Both the position numbers and the translations under genes were made by a program. Positions 49,706 through 58,972 of a DNA stretch of 59,027 nt are shown here, in pieces (position 1 is the first letter of the stretch; every line of letters begins with the position of its first letter). Below the pieces are notes generated by a model. It was not told where the DNA came from. It did not search any database and saw only the letters and a program-made list of their open reading frames with translations. Source of the stretch: an uncultured Bacilli bacterium (GTDB taxonomy: Bacteria; Bacillota_I; Bacilli_A; RF39; UBA660); assembly GCA_948629335.1 (NCBI GenBank), contig CAPHZB010000001.1, forward strand, positions 1 to 59,027. Reading direction: 5' to 3'.

Positions 49706-50587
49706 GTGGAAGAGGTAGAAAAGGGGAAGAATAAAAAAGGAAAACGTAGATTAATTATTTTTCTTGTTTTCATACTATTCTTAATTGTGGGAATACTATT
49801 ATATAGTAGATTTATAGCTGTAAAAAGACTGCATGTAAAAGAATACCGAATTGTGAATGAAAATTTAAAAGAAATTCATGGGTATAAGATAGCACATCTT
49901 TCTGATATTCATTTTGGAAAGACAACAACTAGCAGTGATTTAAAAAAAATAGTTGCAAAGATTAATTTAACGAAACCAGATATTTTAATCTTTACAGGAG
50001 ATTTAATTGATAAAGATACCAAATTAACGGAGAAAATGAAAGAGGAAATTGAGAATATTTTAAAGACAATCGATAAAACTATTTTAAAGTATTGCATCAA
50101 AGGAGAAGATGATTTAAAATTTTCTAGCTATGATTTTATTATGGAAAATGCTGGATTTGTTTCTCTAGATGATACATATAAGACACTATATATAGATAAG
50201 GATAATTTTTTCTTTTTGGCAGGATTAAAAAGTACAAAAGATGCATCAAGTATAGAAGGTAGACTAGGGGATGTGAAACAATTTATTTCTACCTTAGAAA
50301 AGAGGCCTATGTATTCTATTTTTGTTATGCATGAACCAGACTTTGTGGATATGATTGATACGGACTCTTTTAATCTTGTTTTAGCAGGACATAGTCACGG
50401 AGGGCAAGTACAGATTCCTTTTCTAGGAGGAATTATTTATCCAAAATATGCTACAAAACATCATCTAAATTATAGCAAGATAGGGAATACAGATTTTTAT
50501 ATATCAAGCGGGATTGGAACCACAACTTATGGATTTCGTCTATTTAATCCTCCATCTTTTAATTTTTATCGTTTAGTCAGTTACTAG
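49706..50587 (+). CDS. Membrane-anchored metallophosphoesterase (YkuE-like)
   Basis: HLSDIHFG, TGDLID and GHSHGGQ calcineurin-like phosphoesterase motifs. N-terminal TM. GTG start after AGGGTGA. Confidence 0.85.
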   Translation: MEEVEKGKNKKGKRRLIIFLVFILFLIVGILLYSRFIAVKRLHVKEYRIVNENLKEIHGYKIAHLSDIHFGKTTTSSDLKKIVAKINLTKPDILIFTGDLIDKDTKLTEKMKEEIENILKTIDKTILKYCIKGEDDLKFSSYDFIMENAGFVSLDDTYKTLYIDKDNFFFLAGLKSTKDASSIEGRLGDVKQFISTLEKRPMYSIFVMHEPDFVDMIDTDSFNLVLAGHSHGGQVQIPFLGGIIYPKYATKHHLNYSKIGNTDFYISSGIGTTTYGFRLFNPPSFNFYRLVSY

Positions 50588-50656
50588 CATTGCATAAATG
50601 AAGAAATTATATTACAATAATAGTAAGTTAATAGTTTGAATAGGAATGGTGATAAG

Positions 50657-51151
50657 ATGTCGAAAAAAGATATGGTTGTTTTTCTAGTGGGTGCGATTGT
50701 GCTAGGACTTGTTGTTTATTTTTTACCTGTAATTGACAGTAAATTGACAGGAAGAAAGATGTATAGTGAAGAAGAGGAAGTGTATGACCATAAGAAATTA
50801 GTTGATAAATATGTATGTACTTTTGGTTCTAATAGTAATTTACTTCGTTCAAATATTGAGGCAACTTTTTATTTAAATGATAAGGTAGTAACACGAATTT
50901 ATACACGACAAACAGAAACGTATACCAAAAATGAGGATTATCAAAATGCCTTAAAAGATGCTCCTAAGGAGAATAATGATCCAGATTATACAGTTAAGGT
51001 GGCAAGAGACAATACAAACTATACAATTATTACAACAAAGGGAATTAATCTTAAGTCTGGAATAAAAGTAGATTATCCAACTTCTTATGAAGAATTAACG
51101 ACGTATTTAGAAAATAATAATTATACATGTAGTGTTCATTATAAGCAGTAA
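50657..51151 (+). CDS. Hypothetical membrane-anchored protein
   Basis: N-terminal TM (VVFLVGAIVLGLVVYFL). No motif recognised. Confidence 0.55.
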   Translation: MSKKDMVVFLVGAIVLGLVVYFLPVIDSKLTGRKMYSEEEEVYDHKKLVDKYVCTFGSNSNLLRSNIEATFYLNDKVVTRIYTRQTETYTKNEDYQNALKDAPKENNDPDYTVKVARDNTNYTIITTKGINLKSGIKVDYPTSYEELTTYLENNNYTCSVHYKQ

Positions 51152-51254
51152 CTATGTATAAAAAAGATGAATTTCTAAAAATATGTTAAAATGTGCAATA
51201 AAAGAGTTGACATGAACAAATTAAATATGATATATTTAGTTTGTTCATATTTAT

Positions 51255-51331
51255 GGGGAATTAGCTCAGCTGGCTAGAGCGCCACGTTTGCACCGTGGAG
51301 GTCAAGGGTTCGAATCCCTTATTCTCCACCA
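51255..51331 (+). tRNA. tRNA-Ala (anticodon UGC)
   Basis: Cloverleaf folded by hand. Acceptor GGGGAAT/ATTCTCC with the G3:U70 Ala identity pair. Anticodon stem CCACG/CGTGG and loop TTTGCAC. T-loop TTCGAAT. Encoded CCA. Confidence 0.9.
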
Positions 51332-51372
51332 TAATGAATATCAGACTCGAGTTTTCTAGTAATATAGAAATT
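51328..51372 (+). repeat. Direct repeat copy A (tRNA-Ala 3' end plus flank)
   Basis: 40/45 identity with 52097..52141: ACCATAATGAATATCAGACTCGAGTTTTCTAGTAATATAGAAATT. Confidence 0.8.
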
Positions 51373-51382
51373 CGAGTTTTTA
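51345..51382 (+). terminator. Intrinsic terminator after tRNA-Ala
   Basis: A 10-bp stem ACTCGAGTTT/AAATTCGAGT (one G:U pair) with a 13-nt loop and a T5 tail. Confidence 0.6.
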
Positions 51383-51507
51383 TATAACTAAATTTTTGAT
51401 TTAATTTGATTAACTTTTAAGTTGATTTTATATCAAATTAGAAACATACTTACATAATGACTTAATCATTATGTCTTGCAAACATAATATGGATGGAGGA
51501 CAGAAAT

Positions 51508-52015
51508 ATGAATAATTTTTTATTTAAAAAATCGATAAAGAAGATGAGAAACAAATCAGATATTTAGTAAATACTGTTTTTGACAATTTAGAAAGAGAAG
51601 AATTTTTAATTCCTTGAATAGAAGAAAAAATGAATCGCTTCTTTGATGAAGAGTATTCTATATTATTTGGCGCTTATGTAATAATAAACTTATAGCAATG
51701 TGTAAAATATTTATTCCTAGAGAAATTGAAGAAGAATATTATGATATTTTGAATATTCCTAAATCGAAAAGTATTTGTGAATTAGGTGGAACTTTAGTAT
51801 TACCAGAATATCGTAAAAAAGAAATTATGACAAATTTAAGCATAATAACCATGGATTATTTTAATAATTTAAATTTTGATTATATAATTTCAACTGTACA
51901 CTCTGAGAATATTCCTAGTAATAAAATAGTTCGCAAATTAGGATTTGAATTATATGTTACGTTAACAACACAAAGTGGCTATGTACATTGCTTATACTGG
52001 AAAAAAGCTAAATAA
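51508..52015 (+). pseudogene. GNAT-family acetyltransferase pseudogene
   Basis: Reading across frames gives MNNFLFKK/IDKEDEKQIRYLVNTVFDNLEREEFLIP*IEEKMNRFFDEEYSILFGAY.../CKIFIPREIEEE... There is a frameshift in an A-run near the start, an in-frame TGA where Trp is plausible, and a second frameshift before the 105-aa track ORF. Confidence 0.7.
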
Positions 52016-52096
52016 ATAGGTAAGATTATCAGTAAAAAGTTTATTTTAAATTATTTAGTTAATATTAAAAAGTTGTTGGGCTTTCTCTTTTGTGGT

Positions 52097-52141
52097 ACCA
52101 TAATGAATATTAGACTCGGGTTCTCTAGTATTATAGAGATT
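52097..52141 (+). repeat. Direct repeat copy B (degenerate copy of the tRNA-Ala 3' flank)
   Basis: ACCATAATGAATATTAGACTCGGGTTCTCTAGTATTATAGAGATT has 40/45 identity with copy A. Confidence 0.8.
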
Positions 52142-52171
52142 ATAAGTAAATCTAAAACGGGAAGTGATAAA

Positions 52172-53230
52172 ATGGATTATTATGATCAAGTGAATTTAGC
52201 AATAAGAAGATCGTTAAATGATCCTTTATTTCAATATCAATTTTATTATTTTGATGAAATAGTGAAATTAGCAAATATAATTATTGAAAATACTTCGGAG
52301 GAGTGTATTAAGGATTACTCGTTAGTTGTTCCATTAAATACCTCCATTCAAATTGTTATTGACTTTTTTAATACCATAAATTTAGATTATTCTAATATGT
52401 TTCAAAATATTTTATGAGAAAAAAATATATATGGCAATAAGGAAGATTATTCTGTTAGGTTCCATAAAGTAAGTCATCCTAGGGAGGGTATGTCTGAAGT
52501 GAGAGATGATGGATTTGTGCGTTTGTCATATTCTGATACGTTAGGTGATGCATTTAATATCTGTCATGAGATGGTACATAAGTTTAGTAACCCAAAGAAT
52601 CAAGCTAGCACCATAAAGCAATTTTTAGGAGAAACTTCAACAATTTGTGTAGAATTTTTACTTAAAGATTATCTTATTAGTAATGGAGAATATTGTAGTG
52701 ATGAAATTTTGAAAAACAAAAATAATCGACTAATGTTTTTTACTTATGATGATGCTGGAAGTATGATTTTTGAACATAGTCTATTGCAATTATACAAAAT
52801 GAATAATCATTGTATTACAGAAGATATTTTAGTAAACTACTTAGATTCGATAGATAAGGATATAAAACTTCATAGGCTAATGGTTCATAGAGGAATAAGA
52901 TACTTAAATGAAATTGTTGTATCAGGGCATTTGAATTTTCCTCAAAGGCAAAGATATGTTATTGGAACTATATTGGCAAGTGATTTTCATCATAAAATAG
53001 AAAATGATTCAAAAAAAATAGAACAGTTATTCCATTTAATAGATATTTTGGGTCACACAGATTTATCAGTGGATGATGATTTAAAAGTATTAGAGAATTT
53101 AGATATTCCAATTGTAAAAAATGGGCAGTTAAGCATTGGCGAAGAAGACATAATAAGGTTATCTAATTGTTATAAGAAGGAAGTAGAAGATGTTATGAAT
53201 TATAAAAGTGGAAATAGTCATGTCATATAA
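52172..53230 (+). pseudogene. HExxH metallopeptidase-like gene interrupted by one in-frame TGA
   Basis: Track ORFs 52073..52417 and 52490..53230 are in the same frame and are separated only by TGA at 52415..52417 (...NMFQNIL*EKNIYGNKEDY...). An HEMVH motif lies downstream. Confidence 0.55.
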
Positions 53231-53426
53231 GAATGTTTGTTTTACTTGAGTTTATAGATCATACATATAGGAATTGTTTCAATGAACTTTCGAATACTAG
53301 TTATCATTACATATATGAAATAATAGAAAATGGGAATACTGAAAAAAAAGGCAAGTCCTAAGTAGGTTTTAAGTAAGTCTAATTGTTTAAAAAAAGTGGT
53401 ACACAGTAGAAAATTGAGGTGACGGA

Positions 53427-53969
53427 ATGTTATGCTATACTGACGAAATTATTTGTAATAAGAATGGTGTGCCATGTAGGGTTTTGGATATATCAAAATT
53501 AGATTTTTCTAAAGCCTGTGTTGGTAGAAGAAAAGAGGTAACTGTATTAAAGGCAAAGGGCAACGAAAAGATAGAAACATGTAACTCAGCAGGTCTTATA
53601 GAATCAACATATATTGCAAACTATGGGGATGCGATTTTTATTAACAATGAAAGGGATATTTATGTACCAAGAGATTTATTAGGGAATGCTTGGAAATTTG
53701 ATTGTATTGAAAGTTATGGATATAAGATTGTATCTAATATATTTTCCTATAATGGAAGTGATGCAATTAAAGTAAAAGGAATCAAGTTGTCGAAGTTATT
53801 ACCTGAAATAATTGCTTGTCCTACTTGTATAAAAGATGCTTGGGGATATGGTGAACATCAATTTTTATTTGAAGGAGCTACATTAAAAATGGATATAGAA
53901 AGTGGTAGAATTACTGGTATTGATAAAAGTGCTTTTTTTGATACATGGGAGATAATTGAAGATAAATAA
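53427..53969 (+). CDS. Hypothetical protein (180 aa)
   Basis: GAGGTGA RBS. No motif recognised. Confidence 0.55.
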   Translation: MLCYTDEIICNKNGVPCRVLDISKLDFSKACVGRRKEVTVLKAKGNEKIETCNSAGLIESTYIANYGDAIFINNERDIYVPRDLLGNAWKFDCIESYGYKIVSNIFSYNGSDAIKVKGIKLSKLLPEIIACPTCIKDAWGYGEHQFLFEGATLKMDIESGRITGIDKSAFFDTWEIIEDK

Positions 53970-53983
53970 AAAATATAAATTCC

Positions 53984-54283
53984 TTGTGGGGAAAACCTTA
54001 TGAAGATAAAAGTGGAAAACAATATTTACCCATGTGTGGACAACCAATTTTAATTTATACTGCTACCAAGGAAGAAATGAAAGGCATTTTTAATAAGGCA
54101 GTAAATCGAGATATTAGTTTAAGCGTTTATAATGAAGAAATGTTTAATACGAACAATGATGTTGATAATCGTGCCTGTATAAAGAGATACAATACAGATG
54201 AATTAGAACTTGTTGGTTTGGGTTTATGTGGCAAAAAAAACCATGTAGACAAAACTTTACATGGTTATAAGTTACATCCTTAA
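53984..54283 (+). pseudogene. 5'-truncated DUF2000-like gene fragment
   Basis: The C-terminal pattern ...LVGLGLCGKKNHVDKTLHGYKL resembles the DUF2000 end (..LGIAIYG.KK.VNKLTG..L). It has only a TTG start, and about 45 N-terminal residues are missing. Confidence 0.4.
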
Positions 54284-54391
54284 TTTAATTAAACATTCAA
54301 AGATATCGAATTTGTTAAAACTTGTCATTGTAGGATTGTTAAACTGTAATTTACAGAAGATAATCCTTTTTCTTTTATTATGATAAGGTAA

Positions 54392-54766
54392 TTATAGCAA
54401 AGTAATGATAGAATTAATAATAATTTTTTCTGATTGCATATGAAATTCTATTCTAAAACACTTTTCATTAATTCTTGTTATGTTGCATTCATATTTATCA
54501 TCTATTGCTGAAATCCATCCTCTTTCATCTGCATATAAAATATCACTTATATATTCTTTTACATTAGTTTTTATATTTACTTTCATTTGTTTAAACATCT
54601 CATCTGAAAATGTAAATTCTAGTGCTATAGATCTGTTATTTTCGATATTAAATGAAATAAACGGAGATATACCAGTTCTTCTTTTTCCATGTGAAGTAAC
54701 TGAAAAATTTCCCCATGTTATTTCAACACCGAAATCATCATATTTTTCATCATTAATTATTATCAA
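54392..54766 (-). CDS. Hypothetical protein (124 aa), second gene of a two-gene module
   Basis: TTG start 7 nt after AAGGTGAA. No motif recognised. Confidence 0.5.
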   Translation of the reverse strand: MIIINDEKYDDFGVEITWGNFSVTSHGKRRTGISPFISFNIENNRSIALEFTFSDEMFKQMKVNIKTNVKEYISDILYADERGWISAIDDKYECNITRINEKCFRIEFHMQSEKIIINSIITLL

Positions 54767-54880
54767 AATAAATTCACCTTCATTTTCTTTAAAAAGCTAT
54801 TATTAGGGAATAATAATTTATTGTTTTACATTCTTAGTAAAATTGTAGATAAATTTTTCTAAACACTATAGAATTAGAAT

Positions 54881-55342
54881 CTATAAATGTTTACTATTTT
54901 GATTAATTATATAGTATTCTTTAAAATCAGAAAATTTAATTTTTATTCTGTCTATTGGTGTTATGTTTCTGTGACATTTATATTGTATTGAATTTCCATT
55001 ATGTTTAAAGTCTTGTTCAAATGGAAAAACATAAATATAGCCTTCTAAGTTATCATCTATATTTACATTTTCTATTACAATATTTATTTCGCCAGTCCTA
55101 GCATTACCACCTATTTGGAAATCCCACGGTAAATCATCACTCATCTGTTTTATTTTGTCTTTAAAAGCATATGCAGATGCAACTAAATAAGATGATGTCA
55201 AAAAAACCGCATAATCCTCATTTTCTAGATTATGGTTAGAGTCAGTTGCCTGTCTTTGCTCTATTTCTTCTAATAATTTAGGACTTCCATGAAATAAATA
55301 CGTAGGATTATTTAAATTATTGCTCATATATTTTTCTATCAT
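54881..55342 (-). CDS. Hypothetical protein (153 aa), first gene of a two-gene module
   Basis: Start set at MIEKYM, after GGGAGGT. Contains YLFHGSP ... AVFLTSSYLVASAYA ... EGYIYVFPFE. Any resemblance to H-Y-E ADP-ribosyltransferase-fold proteins is weak and unverified. Confidence 0.55.
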   Translation of the reverse strand: MIEKYMSNNLNNPTYLFHGSPKLLEEIEQRQATDSNHNLENEDYAVFLTSSYLVASAYAFKDKIKQMSDDLPWDFQIGGNARTGEINIVIENVNIDDNLEGYIYVFPFEQDFKHNGNSIQYKCHRNITPIDRIKIKFSDFKEYYIINQNSKHL

Positions 55343-55410
55343 TTGTTTACCTCCCATTCAATAAACTATCTCGAGGCAGTTTATTTATAGATCCCGTATA
55401 AATCACCTTT

Positions 55411-55444
55411 ATACTTGTATATTGTTTTGACAATATACAAGTAT
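55411..55444. promoter_or_regulatory. Perfect palindrome (15-bp arms, 4-nt spacer) in a divergent intergenic region
   Basis: ATACTTGTATATTGT-TTTG-ACAATATACAAGTAT. A TTGACA hexamer (55427..55432) spans the centre. Confidence 0.5.
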
Positions 55445-55571
55445 GTTTATTAAATTGATAAGATATAGTAGAATCCGTTGAATTATAATAAACATTTTAG
55501 TATAATCTTTTTAGGGAATATCTGTTGTTGAGTGTCTACCAAGTCTCTAATAAAGAGGAGGGTAGATATTG

Positions 55572-55664
55572 ATGAAAACTAAGCCCTTTATTATAAAAGT
55601 TCTAAAGCTCATTGCTATCATTTTGTTACTTTCTACCTTACTGGTGTTAGCAATAAAAAAATAG
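55572..55664 (+). CDS. Candidate small hydrophobic peptide (30 aa)
   Basis: Strong RBS AAAGAGGAGGG 8 nt upstream. Sequence: MKTKPFIIKVLKLIAIILLLSTLLVLAIKK. A hairpin terminator lies about 120 nt downstream. Confidence 0.3.
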   Translation: MKTKPFIIKVLKLIAIILLLSTLLVLAIKK

Positions 55665-55784
55665 ACACGCTTCAGCATTGATAGAGTGTCAATCCTATTA
55701 AATTAGAGGCGACATTCACTTGCAAAATCAAATGTATCCTTTTTTATTTTATGTAAGTTTCCTTGACATATTCATAGTAACATA

Positions 55785-55810
55785 AAAACGGCTTTTTGAC
55801 AAGCCGTTTT
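55785..55810. terminator. Bidirectional hairpin terminator
   Basis: AAAACGGCTT-TTTGAC-AAGCCGTTTT, a perfect 10-bp stem with A/T runs at both ends. It lies downstream of tRNA-Arg (minus strand) and of the small ORF (plus strand). Confidence 0.6.
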
Positions 55811-55847
55811 CTATTACTGCTCGAAAAGTTCGAGTTTTCTATCAATC

Positions 55848-55924
<77 letters not shown>

Positions 55925-55970
55925 ATTGTGTTCCTTCTAGAACACAATTATTATATCTTATTTAAAATAC

Positions 55971-56921
55971 TTATTCAAGAGTTTTTATGACACTTTTGTA
56001 AATTTCCGCATCTCCTAATTGAAAAACAACTTCTTTGACGTTATAATTATCACGAACAGATAAGCTAATCGAATAAATAACTTCTTCTAAAATATTTCGG
56101 GTATCCATATCACTAAAAATATATTCATTAAATACTAGAAATAATGTATCTACTTCTTCTTGTGTAGCTAGTAACTTTGTATTACTATTTAAGAAACTCA
56201 TCAAATTAGTGGATGTTAGGGGACTACTGGATAATTGTTCTATAATAATCTTTATTTTCTCACGAGAATCATTCATATATTTTGTTACAGGAACATAATA
56301 ATAGTCTTCATTATATTTACTGACATAATAAATAGTAACTGGATTGATTTCTTTGTAACTATCTAGCATATATTCTTTATTGATTCCGTAACTTCGATCT
56401 AAAGTAGCAGGCAGATTTTTTTTGCTATGTGGTAATTTTGTTAAGATTTCATCTTGTACATAGAGAATAATTTTATCTACTCCTTCAATTTCCGTTAATG
56501 TATATACAATAGCCTCAATCATTTTCTCTTCTTCTTTTTCAGAAACATTCAATATCTCTTTTGAAAAATTGACCTTTAAAACAGAATCTTTATAATCAAT
56601 ACCTATAATTTTTGTATCACTAGGAATCATATTTTTAAAACCACTTGGTAATTTTGTTTCACTTTCTCCTTCTTTAATTAGAAGTTCTAATAACTCTTTT
56701 GCCTTTCCTTTCATGTCCTTCTCTTCTTCTACTTTAATTTTTGTTCGAGCTACCATTTGGTATTGGTCAATCAAATAAATGACTTCTTCATGATAATTAG
56801 ATATATATTTTAAACTTTGCACATATTTATATTCATCATCGGGCAATATATTCATTAAGAGACAAGAAAACAAAACAGCAGTTGTCATAATAATTTTTCT
56901 AAAAACTCTTCTCTTTAGCAT
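55971..56921 (-). CDS. GerM-like (GerMN domain) germination/sporulation lipoprotein-like protein
   Basis: N-terminal hydrophobic signal. Two Germane-like repeats (..VLKVNFSKEIL...MIEAIVYTLTEIEGVDKIILYVQDE..). Confidence 0.7.
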   Translation of the reverse strand: MLKRRVFRKIIMTTAVLFSCLLMNILPDDEYKYVQSLKYISNYHEEVIYLIDQYQMVARTKIKVEEEKDMKGKAKELLELLIKEGESETKLPSGFKNMIPSDTKIIGIDYKDSVLKVNFSKEILNVSEKEEEKMIEAIVYTLTEIEGVDKIILYVQDEILTKLPHSKKNLPATLDRSYGINKEYMLDSYKEINPVTIYYVSKYNEDYYYVPVTKYMNDSREKIKIIIEQLSSSPLTSTNLMSFLNSNTKLLATQEEVDTLFLVFNEYIFSDMDTRNILEEVIYSISLSVRDNYNVKEVVFQLGDAEIYKSVIKTLE

Positions 56922-56971
56922 AAAACACCTCTAGTTAAGTATATGAAAAAAACCGCTTGACATGCGATTTT

Positions 56972-57223
56972 CTAAAAAGAAAGTTCACCAAGTTTTAAAA
57001 GTTCTACAACAGCGCTTGCTCTTCCTTTTACACCAAGTTTCTGCATAGCATTTGAAATATGGTTTCGTACTGTTTTTTCACTAATATTTAAATGCATAGC
57101 AATATCTTTTGTAGTTTTGTTTAGAATTAATAATTCAAATACCTCTTTTTCCCTTTTGGTAAGTATACTTTTATTCAAGATTTTTCCCTCACTTCCTAAG
57201 TTGGGTGGTTTATATTCATTCAT
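56972..57223 (-). CDS. gerE: LuxR-type sporulation transcription regulator GerE
   Basis: LTKREKEVFELLILNKTTKDIAMHLNISEKTVRNHISNAMQKLGVKGRASAVVELLKLGEL is nearly colinear with B. subtilis GerE. Confidence 0.85.
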   Translation of the reverse strand: MNEYKPPNLGSEGKILNKSILTKREKEVFELLILNKTTKDIAMHLNISEKTVRNHISNAMQKLGVKGRASAVVELLKLGELSF

Positions 57224-57323
57224 ATTATTTTATGAAGAATAGAAATATCAGTGAATAAATTAGCCCATAACAATTACGAAAATTGTGATTTTAAAAATAT
57301 GTTGTTAAAAAAGAAAAAAGGCA

Positions 57324-57815
57324 TTAGCCTTTAAACTGTACAGTTATATACATTTTCTCTTCAAATTCACCTTGTAGTAAACGCATAATAGAATTTGCTA
57401 AAGATGTATTATGTTCACTAGAATCGACAATAACTTTAATTTGATCTTCTTTGATTTTAATAAATGCTTTAATTTTTAACTGTTCTTCTACTAATTTCTC
57501 TAATTCTGTTTCTTTTGCTTTATTGATATTTAATTCTTTCATTTTATCAAAGGCTTGGTTTTTATCCTCTGCACTTTTCGTTACATCATTTAGAATTAAT
57601 TTTAAAGCATCTAACTCTTTCATTAAATCTTCATCTGCTTGCACACGAAGGGCCTGTAAGACTTCACTTTTCTCTACATCTACAGTCTTATTTTCTGGCT
57701 CACTAGATATACCACTTGTTAAAAGAAGTTCTGATGGCATCGTAATATAGTACACACTTAATACTAGAATTAAACTAAATAAAGTAAGAAACCATAAATT
57801 TTTTTTATTAATCAC
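57324..57815 (-). CDS. spoIIIAH: SpoIIIAH-like stage III sporulation protein
   Basis: N-terminal KKNLWFLTLFSLILVLSVYYI anchor and a C-terminal YscJ/FliF-like region (AFDKMKEL...LEKLVEE...VIVDS...ITVQF) parallel B. subtilis SpoIIIAH. Confidence 0.7.
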   Translation of the reverse strand: MINKKNLWFLTLFSLILVLSVYYITMPSELLLTSGISSEPENKTVDVEKSEVLQALRVQADEDLMKELDALKLILNDVTKSAEDKNQAFDKMKELNINKAKETELEKLVEEQLKIKAFIKIKEDQIKVIVDSSEHNTSLANSIMRLLQGEFEEKMYITVQFKG

Positions 57816-57914
57816 TCTTAATCCCTCCTGGTCTTCTCTATTTAAAAATATGCATGAGGGTTTTATTTATTCCTATATTTGAAAATAGGAAAAATAATTA
57901 GAATAAAAAAGAAA

Positions 57915-58922
57915 CTATATTTTTTGTATCGTTTCTATATAAGCGTAGGGTTCATCTTGGTATTGTTCTAGAAGAATATAGTCTTGCATAGCTTTTTTAG
58001 ATAATTCTGTAATTCTTTTTTCTTTGTCTATTGTTTTTACAAGAGGAATTACATTTCTTCTCTTTGTAGTAAAAGAAATAGAGAATCCAACCGGTTTTTG
58101 TTTACACCCAATCACTTCTGTTGCTTTTTGAAAATTTAAAAAGGATGGTATATGTGAGGACAAAATAAAGACAATTTCCTTTTCTGTTTTTGTATATAAA
58201 TCATCAATGGTTATCCATCCATTTTTAGAAGCTTTTCTTACCACTTCAGCAATATATTTCATTACATATTTATCTTTATTTCCTTGAAGTTCTTTCGCAT
58301 ATATCTGTACCATAGATACAAATTTCAAAGCAATGCTGGCAGTTTTAAAGCCAAGTTCTTTTCTTCCTTCTTCGTTTGTTAAAATAGTTAAATCATTGTA
58401 TACTTCTTTGATTTCTTCTAATGAATGGGTGTGAAGCCAAATATAACAAGTATGAAGGACTCCATCTAAACGGTCTGTACATAATTTAGGAGATTTATTT
58501 TCTAAAATAGGATAGTTAGATAAGTCTTTTAAGGAGTCGAGCGTTATATTGTCTTTTTCTAGGCATTTTAAAAGTTCGTCATCTTGTTTTATAATTTCTA
58601 TTATATCTTTTTCTGAAGATTCTTGTTTTAGAAAATCACCGAATACATAATCGATACAGTGGGCAAAACAGGGAGTTCCGACATCATGAAGTAGGGCAGC
58701 AATTGTTTCTTCTTTGTTATGTGTAAAATGCCAAGTCATGTGAGCCACTACTAAACTATGATCAAAACGTGTATAGAAAAAGAGAGGACTATATAGTTTT
58801 GTATAGTCACAACCACAAAACTGTGTAACGTATTTTATACGAGTTAATGTTTTTGTTTTTAAGTATTTATCTAAAAAGGTAGGGTACTCTTTATCTTGAA
58901 ATAAAGTAAGATATTCTTGCAT
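57915..58922 (-). CDS. HD-domain protein
   Basis: H...ALLHDVGTPCFAH metal-binding pattern; 335 aa. Confidence 0.7.
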   Translation of the reverse strand: MQEYLTLFQDKEYPTFLDKYLKTKTLTRIKYVTQFCGCDYTKLYSPLFFYTRFDHSLVVAHMTWHFTHNKEETIAALLHDVGTPCFAHCIDYVFGDFLKQESSEKDIIEIIKQDDELLKCLEKDNITLDSLKDLSNYPILENKSPKLCTDRLDGVLHTCYIWLHTHSLEEIKEVYNDLTILTNEEGRKELGFKTASIALKFVSMVQIYAKELQGNKDKYVMKYIAEVVRKASKNGWITIDDLYTKTEKEIVFILSSHIPSFLNFQKATEVIGCKQKPVGFSISFTTKRRNVIPLVKTIDKEKRITELSKKAMQDYILLEQYQDEPYAYIETIQKI

Positions 58923-58972
58923 ATTCTTTCCTTCTTTCTAATAATTTGGTCTTATTTATCATGATGGTATTG

